From IMG/VR virus record IMGVR_UViG_3300032047_000127, positions 1 through 24,238 of that record: a stretch of DNA of 24,238 bases; one strand, given 5' to 3'. Positions 1 to 10,600 of the stretch are shown here, in pieces; position 1 is the stretch's first letter, and every line of letters starts with the position of its first letter. Source of the DNA: a virus (Duplodnaviria > Caudoviricetes). The translations under genes and the position numbers were made by a program. The notes below the pieces were generated by a model that saw only the letters and a program-made list of their open reading frames with translations, did not search any database and was not told where the DNA came from.

Positions 1-1
1 A

Positions 2-40
2 CAAAACTTCAAAGCATTTAAGAAAAGATTTGATATGTAA
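2..40 (+). CDS. 3' end of an upstream gene, probably a LamG/ConA-like lectin paralog (partial)
   Basis: Frame from position 2 reads QNFKAFKKRFDM-stop (TAA 38-40), matching the C-terminus of ORF 406-1620 (KNFNSLRHRFDL-stop). Only 12 residues are visible. Confidence 0.6.
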   Translation, partial: QNFKAFKKRFDM

Positions 41-41
41 A

Positions 42-49
42 TATTTATA
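42..49 (+). promoter_or_regulatory. TATTTATA motif, putative phage late promoter
   Basis: Exact octamer 16 nt before ATG 66. The same octamer occurs in nine intergenic positions in this window. Confidence 0.65.
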
Positions 50-65
50 ATAAAAAACACACACG

Positions 66-401
66 ATGAGTAGATTTCCAAACAGAAGATGGTTAGTTAT
101 ACCTACAACAATAACTGGTTCTATTGATTTTAATGAAGTTTTAGAACATTCAGTAGATTCTTTAAGAGTTTCTTTGGATGGATCAGAAACATTTGTAAAG
201 TACGAAGTTCAAGTTATAGATAAAGCACTAGTAACTTCAGTACTTGACCCAACAACAGGTAAAGAAACATTTCAGACAACTCCAGCAGGAACTTACGGTA
301 GACCTTCCTTCTATTCTGGTAGTTATACAGAATATGTACATGAAGATATTTTAGCTTTACTTGTAACAGATGCATGGACAGATACAACTGAATTAGAATA
401 A
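66..401 (+). CDS. Hypothetical phage protein (111 aa), associated with lectin/fibre genes
   Basis: Clean ORF with an upstream TATTTATA, 4 nt from the next gene. The IDFNEVLEHSVDSLRVSLDGSETFVKY segment resembles small proteins I recall next to LamG genes in aquatic phages (recollection, unverified). Confidence 0.75.
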   Translation: MSRFPNRRWLVIPTTITGSIDFNEVLEHSVDSLRVSLDGSETFVKYEVQVIDKALVTSVLDPTTGKETFQTTPAGTYGRPSFYSGSYTEYVHEDILALLVTDAWTDTTELE

Positions 402-405
402 TAAT

Positions 406-1620
406 ATGTCAACTAATTTAGGACCAGCTACAAATGAAGATGGATTGGTATTCGGATTCGATACCGGTTATCCTCTTGTATCTGATGCTCTAGATAGTTA
501 CAGATTTAATTTAGGAGAACCTACTACAAATAAACTTAATGGTAATATAATAGGAACAGGTAATGGAGCAAGTTTAGGCTCAGATGGTTTTGGTACCTAT
601 ATACAATTAGCAGATCAAACTTCAAGTTACTCAAGATTTCAACTACCCAGTATTACTGTTGTTTCTAATGAAACATATACTTGGAACTTTGAACTGTACT
701 CTGCTAACACTATATTAAAAAGCGGAAATTACTACTTTGATACTAATGAATACTCAGATCAATTTCCTTCTAGTAATGATCAATCAAGATTATCCTCAAC
801 CAATTCCTGTCCTTCTACTATGTCTGCACATACATGGACTCCTTTTAGATTAACTGTTACTATGAAAGATAATTTAACTGGAGCTTATGCATATGATTTC
901 TTTAATATGCTTTACCCAGGATTTCAAAACGAAAAAATTTACTATAGAAATATGCAATTTGAAACTAAAGGTCACAAAAGCGCATATGCAGGTCCAGGAG
1001 GCATAAGATCAGTATCAGGTTCTTTAGTAGATTTAACTGGTAATCATGACATTAATGTAACTAATCTTACTTATGATAGTACTTCTCAAATAGACTTTGA
1101 TGGAACAAATGATAGAATTGATACTGCACTGTATCATTTGAGTGGATCTTCTCATACTGAAGAAGTAGTAGTATATAGAGGAACATCAGGTGCACAGCAA
1201 GGCATATTATCAGACTTACAGTATGGGTTTTATGGATTATTATTTCTAGCTAATAATAAAATAAGATATAGACAAATGCAACAACTCAGTAACCCAACTT
1301 CTTACCCTAACGTAAATGTAGATACTCCAGATACTTACGGAGTAGGCACTTACCATATAGTTGGTTCATTTAGCAGTGCTAATGGATTTAGGTTGTATGT
1401 TAATGGGGTATTAAAGAATTCTAATAGTACAGACTTACCTTTTAATTTAAGTGGAAATAGAGGTATAAATCACATAGGCGTATATAAAGATTCTACAGCT
1501 TCTAGTTATAATAATCCATTTGATGGCAAAATACATATAGTGAGATGTTATAACAGAGAATTAACTGCAGACGAAGTTTCAAAAAACTTTAATAGTTTAA
1601 GACATAGATTTGACTTGTAA
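406..1620 (+). CDS. LamG/concanavalin A-like lectin domain virion protein (404 aa) with an inserted beta-sandwich domain
   Basis: C-terminal half carries LamG-type signatures: FDGTND, YHIVG...RLYVNG, FDGKIHIVRCYNRELTADEV..NFN. N-terminus is GPATNEDGLVFGFD. Lies next to the tail fibre gene. Confidence 0.8.
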   Translation: MSTNLGPATNEDGLVFGFDTGYPLVSDALDSYRFNLGEPTTNKLNGNIIGTGNGASLGSDGFGTYIQLADQTSSYSRFQLPSITVVSNETYTWNFELYSANTILKSGNYYFDTNEYSDQFPSSNDQSRLSSTNSCPSTMSAHTWTPFRLTVTMKDNLTGAYAYDFFNMLYPGFQNEKIYYRNMQFETKGHKSAYAGPGGIRSVSGSLVDLTGNHDINVTNLTYDSTSQIDFDGTNDRIDTALYHLSGSSHTEEVVVYRGTSGAQQGILSDLQYGFYGLLFLANNKIRYRQMQQLSNPTSYPNVNVDTPDTYGVGTYHIVGSFSSANGFRLYVNGVLKNSNSTDLPFNLSGNRGINHIGVYKDSTASSYNNPFDGKIHIVRCYNRELTADEVSKNFNSLRHRFDL

Positions 1621-1633
1621 CTATTAAACATAC

Positions 1634-1641
1634 TATTTATA
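1634..1641 (+). promoter_or_regulatory. TATTTATA motif, putative late promoter of the giant fibre gene
   Basis: Exact octamer in the intergenic gap, 36 nt before ATG 1678. Confidence 0.65.
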
Positions 1642-1647
1642 TATGAC

Positions 1648-1669
1648 CCTTTTGGACAATGAAAAAAGG
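1648..1669 (+). promoter_or_regulatory. 5'-leader hairpin with a GGA-containing loop
   Basis: CCTTTT (1648-1653) pairs with AAAAGG (1664-1669) around the loop GGACAATGAA; it ends 8 nt before ATG 1678. Confidence 0.45.
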
Positions 1670-1677
1670 ATATAATT

Positions 1678-4600
1678 ATGGCAAACGAATTTAAGGTTAA
1701 AAAAGGCCTGATAGTAAACGGATCAGGTTCTACATTATTAGATATACAAGGTGCCCAAGGGCAGGTATTTTCTGTAACAGACTCTCTTTCCGGTTCTTTA
1801 TTTGGAGTATCAGATATTTCAGGTGTTCCAATATTTGAAGTACTCTCTGACGAAACTATCATATTAGGAACAAGCGGAAGTGAAGCCATATTAATATCCG
1901 GTAGTACAGCTACTATAACAAGCGGGGTCTTATCAGGATCATTCTCAGGATCATTTGTTGGTGATGGATCTTCATTATCAGGATTAAGCTCAGGAGCAGT
2001 AACAGCTATCAATAATGCAACAGCAAACAGGCTAACTACAATAGCATCTACAACAACTCAATTAGATGCAGAAGCAAATTTAACATTTGACGGTACTAAT
2101 ATACTACACGTTAATCATACAAGCGGTCAGTTAAAATTAGGTGCAGATGTCTCTTTATTCAGAGATGGTGCTAATATACTTAGAACTGATGATGCATTTC
2201 ATGCTAATGCAAATATTCATGTTGGAGGTGATGGAAAAATATTTGATAGAGCAGGTACTAATTCATTTATACATTTTGATCATACTAATAGTAAGATAAA
2301 AATTCAAGAAGGCGGCGAAGAAATGGTAACTATAGATTCAGGAACAGTTACTATTAACCAAGCACAAGGTAATAATAAATTTAAAGTATTTGCATCAAGT
2401 TCAAGTGCACATTTCTTTGTATCATCTTCCGGTATGGTTGTTATTAATAACGATACAACTGATTATTTTGGAGCATCTACAAGAGTACAAATAGCATCAG
2501 GTAATAGTAGTAAAGGTGTAGGTATTAGAACTAATATTTTTTACTTATATGGATACGGTAATGGTTCTACTACTCAAATGATATTCGGAGACGGTTCTGC
2601 AAACTGGGGATTATTTGCTAATGATGCTAATTTTAAATTATATGACTATTCTATATCAGGGCCTGCATTAACAGTTGATGACGGAGGTAATTATTTCAAA
2701 TTTTTAAGTGGTTCTTTAAATATTACAATAGGTAGAGATTTATCAGAATCTACAGCTGAAGGTAGATTAAAAATGTACCTTAGAGGTAATAATGCTGTCT
2801 TAAGTACTTACCACTATAATAGTTCATTAGAACTTAGAGCGGGTATATCAGGCTCAGGATATGCTGATAATTGGTCGAAGATAGTTTTACAAGATACACA
2901 TAATGCTACTACCGGTGATATAGAATTCTGGACTAGTGGTTCACAGGCAGCACGAATTTCACATGAAGGTTATCTTGGAATTGGAGCAACAACACCTGGC
3001 GCTAAATTAGAAGTCGGCGGTGCTAATGCCGCTATTTGGATAAACCCAGCTGACGGTGCTCATGCAGGTCTGCATTTTAGACAAGCTGATGCTTTTAAAG
3101 GTTTTGTTGGATATAACGATAGTGCTGATGTAGTTAATCTAAGTATGGACGGAAGTATTGTTAATGGTATTAACGTAAATTCTAGTCATAATGTAGGAAT
3201 AGGAACAACTGTGCCTAAATCAGGTGATAAGTTATTTGTCAAAGGAGGAGATTTAAGAGTAGAAGGTACATCAGCTACTTCTGATTTAATTTTAGATCAC
3301 AACGGACAATATAGTGGTAGTAGAATAAGAGGTATAAGAGACGAAGGCAATGATGGTCAAGATTTCGGTAGTAGTATGTTACAGTTCTTAACTAATGATA
3401 ATAGTACTACATCTGCTACAGTAGCAATGACTATAAATTCTGAAGGTAAAGTTGGAATAGGTTCAACAGATCCTGCAGAATTATTAGATGTAGCTGGAAC
3501 TGCAAGAGCAGCAACAGGTATAATAGAAGGGCATTTATATGCTGGAGACAGTCTTCAACATTGGGGTGATGGTGGAACTGGATTATTCTTTCCTGCTAAC
3601 GATAGAATAGTTCTTCAAACTACATCAACAGAAAGACTTAGAATAGATAGTTCTGGTATAGTAACAATAAACGATACAGGTCAACAAGGCTGGGCAGGAA
3701 ATAAATTAAACGTAGGTGATACTGGAGATGCAGCTTCTGGTATTAACATATTAACAAACGCAACAGGAAATGCTTATCTATTATTTTCTGATGTAGTAGA
3801 TAATAGTGCTGCTGAATATGCGAATCAAATAAGATTTGCTCATGATGGAATGTTCTTATCAACAAATATTGGAGGAACTGAAATAATGAGGTTATCTGGT
3901 TCAGGTGCAGTTGGTATAGGAACAACAACACCAGCAACTGAGTTAGATATTTTTAAAGATGGAGGTAACGCTACATTAAGAGTTAGAGCTGATGGACAAT
4001 CTACAATAATAATAGATTCAGATGCTGATAATTCTGGAACAGCAGGAGCATACTTATCCTATAGAGACACTGGAGCTACTAAATGGACACTTTATAAAGA
4101 AACTAATAACGATTTTTACCTTTATAACGCTGCAGCAACTTCATATCCAATTCATGCAAAAGCTGGAGGAGATATAGTATTTATGGAAGATGGAGGTAAT
4201 TTAGGTGTAGGACCAGGAACTCCAGCATCTAGATTAGACGTATCAGGATCTATTAGAGTACACCAATCTGCAGCTTCAAAATATATAGAAGTATTTGGAG
4301 GAAATAGTGGAAACTTCATAGATAGTTACGCTAACAATTTATATATTAGATACGGCGGAGATACTAATAAGTCTATAATGTTAGACAGTTTAGGCAACTT
4401 AACATTCAGTTCTAGAGCAATATTTCCTTCTTCTGCTGGATCCACAGCAAGCCCTACTATAGCATTCCCTTCCCATTCCACAGCAAACCATGCTGGTATA
4501 TACTATGACCAAAATAACCAGTACTTAAAATTCAGAGCAGCAGATGGAGATAGAGCCTGGATAGGTTCTGCCGGTATATTCTCTAACTCTAATGTATATT

Positions 4601-7600
4601 CAGGTACAACAGGGCAGTTTAGAAATTATGGAGGTGTATGGAAAGCAACAACAGGTACTTCTGGTAACGGATTTAATTTCTCATCTGCAGATATACCTAA
4701 TGCAGTTACTATTACAGGTACTGCAAGTAATATCTTAAAAATTACAGGTTCTGGTACCAGTACGGGTATACAGATAGAAAAAGCTAGTGGTAGTAGTGCA
4801 TCAACTGCAATGCTTACACACTTACGTCAAGGTAATTCTACATTTTATGTATCAGTTGACGAAAATCAAAATGGAGGTAAAGCCTTTGCAGTAGAGATTA
4901 GCGGAAGCACAAGATTATCAGTAAATGCATCTAGAACTTATCATTACAATACTCTTAACTTAAGAAACCGTACTACCGGCAATAACCCACCAGAGATTCA
5001 ATTCGATAGAGACGATTCTACTACTTCAAATGGAAATAATCTTGGTGCGATAGTAGCTAGAGGTAATGATCCTTCTGGATACGAAAATGGTGCACAAATA
5101 AAATTTAAAGCAGATGGTACTTGGGATTCAAACGATTATCCTAGTAGAATAGAATTTGCTACTGATCAAGCAGGTACTATGACTAATATACTTGTATTAG
5201 ATAGTAACCAATCATCTTCCTTTACAGGTAATGTAACAATAACAGGTAATTTAGAAGTAACCGGAACTACTACAACAGTTAATTCTACTAATTTAGATTT
5301 ATCAGATAATATCATAGGTTTAAATAGAGGTGCCTCATCTAATGCAAATGATTCAGGTATTATAGTAGAAAGAGGCAGTACAGGTAATAATGCAGCATTA
5401 ATTTGGGATGAAAGTGAAGATAGTTGGAAATTTGGAACTACAACTGCAACACCAGATTCTACAGGAAATCTTTCTGTAGCAGCAGCACCATTTATATCAA
5501 ATGGATTTTGGACTACTACTAGTGCAGTTTCTCACTGGGGAGGTTATAATACAGTATACGGAACTCTAACATGGTCTTCAGGATTTGCATCTATATATTC
5601 AAGAGCAGATGCAAGATTGAGATTAGGTTCTCATAATACTCAAGGTGTTATGGTAATATCTTCTTCTAAAGTAGGTATTGGAACAGAAACACCTCATGGT
5701 AGTGATACAGCATTACACGTACATGGAGGAAATATACTTCAATCAGGTTCTACAGCTAATAATCTATATATTCAAGATGGATCTAATGTACGTGGTAGCA
5801 ATCATTTATTTTTACAAGGTGATGCAAGTTATGTACAGGTAAAATCTCCCGGTAATGCTCTATATTTAGATGCAGGTGCTGGACAATACTTTAGAAATGG
5901 TTCAGGTACTCAATACGGTCATTTTAGAACTAACAATTACTTGTTTAATACCGGTTCTGCAAGTACAGTAGGAGGAAGTGCATTTATGACATTAAATGTT
6001 GGAGCAACTACTAATAAACCTATTTCTATTGTAAATGATGGAACTGATGGAATGTATATTAGAAGATATGATTCTTCTGGTAAATATCAAATACAGACAA
6101 CATCAGGCGGTGGTAACTCAGGTATTTTATCTTTACAATCATATGGAGGTAAAGTCTCTATCGGAACAATAGATGCACCAGGACAAGGAAATTTAGAAGT
6201 AAGAGGCATAATTAAAACCTCAGGAAGTTCTAATGGTTTCTTTTTAGAAGGAGCTGCAGGGTCAGCAGGTGATGAAGCAAGAATTTACTTAGGTGTTAAC
6301 AGTGCATATGCTGGTAATACATTAGGGTTTATGTCAGGAAGATCTGGTTCGGTTCATAATAACTATGAATTTAGAACCGGAGATAATGATACTAGTTCAG
6401 CAGTAAGATTATGGATCTCAGCTTCTGGAACGGTTGGTATAGGTACACAAGTACCTGTAGAAAAGTTTACAGTAGCAGGAGGTAGTATTATAGCTACAGG
6501 TTCTGGTAATACAAGTATTATAGCACGTTCTTCAGGAGGATGGAGTGGATTACAAACAGTCTCATCAGATGCAGAAAATGCTTACTTATTTTTCAAAGAT
6601 GTATCAGGAGAAAGATCTAGAATATGGGCTAGTTCAAATAATGATTTAAGATTTGCAACAAACGGAGGCGGATCAACAGCTTTAATAATAGATAGTAATA
6701 AAGACGCGGAATTTTTTGGACAAACTTTTTCTTTTGGTACTTCTAATGCAACTACAACTACACTTAACCTGACAGCAACTAATACAGCTGGATCCCCTGC
6801 AAACGCAGTTCAAGTTATAATGACAGGTTATGAAGGAAGAGGTGTAGGACATTTTTATTTAGATACATCTTATAATAATAATGAGTGGTTTAGCGGTATG
6901 AGATATAGCGGTGGTGCTGCTAATTTCCAAATAGGATATTCAGCCACCGGCCAAGCAGAGTATATTACTTCTTCTCTAGTGAATATACATAAATCAGGTG
7001 TAGTAACATTTTCTGGAAGTAATTCTGTTCACAATTCTGGTAGCGTAATAATATCAAACGGACAAATAAGCATTTCAGGCGATGGAACAAATGCAACTAC
7101 TTTAACAGAAAGTGGTAATGGTGATTTTACCATTGCTGCTGTAGATGATTTAAGATTACAAGCAGGCGGAGAAGATATAGTACTAAAAGGAAGTAGTGGT
7201 ACAGAATTTGGTAGATTATCTAATTCAAGTGGACATACTATATTAAGAAATACTTCTAACGATAAAAACATAACAATTAAGTTCAAAACAGGTGGTAGTG
7301 AATATAACGGATTAATAATTTCTGCTTCCCAAAACGGTACTGCTTACTTTAATAGAAATGTACATGCAGGCTCAGGTTATAGTATGTTTGCAGCAGCATT
7401 TTATGATTCTTCAAATTCTTCTTACCTATTAGATCCAGCAAATACTGGAACGTCTTTAGCTGTAGCAGGTAAAGCCGGGTTAGGAGGAGTAACTAGTCCA
7501 AGTAAAACACTACATGTTGGAGGAGTAGGAGGTTCTGGAGGAGGAATAATGATATCACCATCTTCAGGTGATGCTGAAATACAATTTCAAGACTCAGGAG

Positions 7601-10600
7601 TTACAAATGCATATATAACTCTAGAAGATGGAACTCAAGAATTAAGATTCAGAGATGATACTGCTAATGTGTTAAACATTAATTTCAGTACTGAAAGAGT
7701 AGGAGTAGGTATTACAGCACCATCAGCAAAATTACATGTATCCGGTACAAATGATGTAGCTTTAATAGAAGGATCAGGTAGTACAATACTATCAGTAGAA
7801 GGATCACAAGGTCAATTATTCTCTGTAACAGATTCTCTATCTGGATCTTTATTTGCTGTTAGTGATATCTCAGGTATCCCTATCTTAGAGGTAGAATCTA
7901 ATGATGCTGTTACAATGGGTACCTTTGGAGCTAACACACTTGTAGTTACAGGTTCTAGAATAGGTATAGGAACAGCAGATCCTTCTTACCCTGTTCATAT
8001 ATACGGTAATGGAAGTGCTAGATTTATGGTAAGTTCTGATGTAGCTGTATTAGGATCAACTAATTTTGCAATACCAGCAGGTAGAAAGTTATTATTAGAT
8101 GGTATTGGTGGTCATACATATATAGAAGAAGAATCAGATAGTAATCTTAAAATTTATGTCGCTGGAAGTGAAAGATTAAATATAACAAATACCGTAGCAC
8201 AATTTGCAGGAGAAGTAGAAGCTTCAACTCTAGACATAAACGGAGTTAGTGCTCTTGATGGTAAAGTAACAATTACAGATGACGATGCTGGTGCGTTAAC
8301 TGTAAGAAGAGCGTCTAATACAGATCAAGCCTTATATTTAAGAGGTGGCGCTGGTTCAGGTGAGGGTAGAGTTGCGGCTCAATACTCTTTAGACTTAGTA
8401 TCAGGTTTAGGTGGTAGTAATAATTATGATTTAAAACTTGTTACAAACGCTGGTACAGCTTTACAAATAGATGCTAGTAATAGTAATACATCTATATTTT
8501 CAGGACCTTTAGATGTAAACAGTAACGCTGATATATCAGGACAACTTACAGTACATAATACATCAAGCATTTCAGCACAACATGTTGCAATAGGATCAGC
8601 AGGAGCTGCTAATTACTTATACTTACAAGGATTAGGAGATACAGATAAAGTTTATTTAGGCACACACCACAATGGTATGTTAGATATTCATGCTCAAGAT
8701 GCAACTAATTTCATGTCTGCTTCTGTTACTATGATGACAGTTAGTAGTAGTGGTAAAGTTGGTATAGGAACAACCACACCAACTGTAAATCTTGAAGTTG
8801 TAGGAACAGGTGCTCCAGATATTAGAGTTAGAGATGCAGATGGTACAAATCACTACGGTGATAGAGGCCATAATGGTGGTAATACTACTTATGTTTCAAG
8901 AAAAGGTACTGCATACGGTTCACATACGTTCTATAGATCAAATGGTACTTCAACAACTGCAGTTTTAACTTTAGATACAAGTGGACACGTATCATCTTCA
9001 GGTAATTTTAAGTTGGCAGACAATAAAGCGATATCATTTGGTAATGATGATGATTTAAATATATATCACGACACCACCAACGGCCTAATAACAAACGAAC
9101 TTGGACAACTTATTATTCAAAATAATCAAAGTGATGGTGATATTATTTTCAATGGTAAAGATGGTAGTTCTGCTATAACTGCTCTAACATTAGATATGTC
9201 AGATGGTGGTACAGCGGAATTTGGCAGTAGAGTATATTTCCCAGAATATCTTGCTCACAGTGGAGATCCTGATACACTTTTTGGATTTAGCGGTAATGAT
9301 ACATTTATTATTAACACTGCTGGTACAACCGCTCTTACAATAGATTCTTCTCAAGATGCAACTTTTGCAGGTAATATAAGTGTTGGCGGTACTATAATTA
9401 ATATGGATACTATATATCTTCAAGATACAGCAGGTGGAAGATTAGGTTTCAATAGAAACACATCTAATGGTGCAATTCACAATAGTGGTTACAACGCTTT
9501 TCAATTACAAGTAAACACATCCGGCGCTTCTGGTTGCTTAGAAGTACAGGCCTACAATGGGGCTGGTACCTACGGTGGTAGTTTCTTAGTTGACGGATCT
9601 GCTCGACCAATTATTAACGATCGTATACTACATAATGGAGATACTCATTCTTATTTTGGATTCCCTGGCGGTGATACATTTAATATTGTTTTAGGAGGAT
9701 CAGAAAGATTACGCGTTGATTCTTCAGGTAATGTCGGTATCGGAACAACTGCACCTGCAGTTACAACAGGAATTACTCCAAGACTAGACATTGTAGGTGG
9801 AATAACTCATACAGCTATTAGAAGAAAACCTATTGCATGGTCAGCATCACCTGCAGCAGGAGAATCAGGGTATTATGCATTATTAGCAAAATTTGATATA
9901 GACGATGCAAATAATACAGATTTATGTGCCGTGTATACGATATCTGCAGAAGAAACCTCAGGCGTTGGATGTTATGCACGTATAATGATTAAACTACGTA
10001 AAGGCACATCTTCAAGTACCTTACAAGTAGCATCTTTAACTATACTTGATATTGATGGAAATGTATCCGATTTTGGAGCAAGTGATGCTACTTCTAATGC
10101 TGAAATGTTAGAAGAAGACAGTTTTATTTTAAAAGTAATATCTGCATCTGATGTAAGGTTATATATTAAAAAGAAAACTACTTACGGAATAGTTCATCTA
10201 TTTGAAGATTCATTATCATATGAAAATAATCTTGACTCTACTGATACTACGCAAATAACTTATTACGAAGATGCTGATTGGAGCGCTAGCTTACCTATGA
10301 CAGCTGGTAATACTATAAGTTCTTATATGGCTGCTACTAGAGCTATGCATCAATTTGCATTCTTTACTAACACTACTTCTACAAGGTATTTATCTTTATA
10401 TAGTGGATTTTTAACTGGTAATGTAAGTTATAACCAAAGATATGTAATACCTAAACCAGGTAAACTAGTAGGAATGTCCATCCAGGCTAATGCTTCTAGA
10501 TCTAATAATACATTAAGAATATATGACGCAGATAATCCAACTAGTTATTCTCAAATGACAAGCACCTCTTTTAGCGTTACAGCAAATAGAAATACTTGGG

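Noticed and set aside
1548-2012. Minus-strand 154-aa ORF
   Set aside because: Antisense shadow of the LamG and fibre genes, with no recognisable motifs or expression signals.
3743-9423. Four short minus-strand ORFs inside the fibre gene (3743-3937, 7029-7286, 8680-8871, 9199-9423)
   Set aside because: Fully nested antisense frames with compositions expected from the codon bias of the + strand gene.
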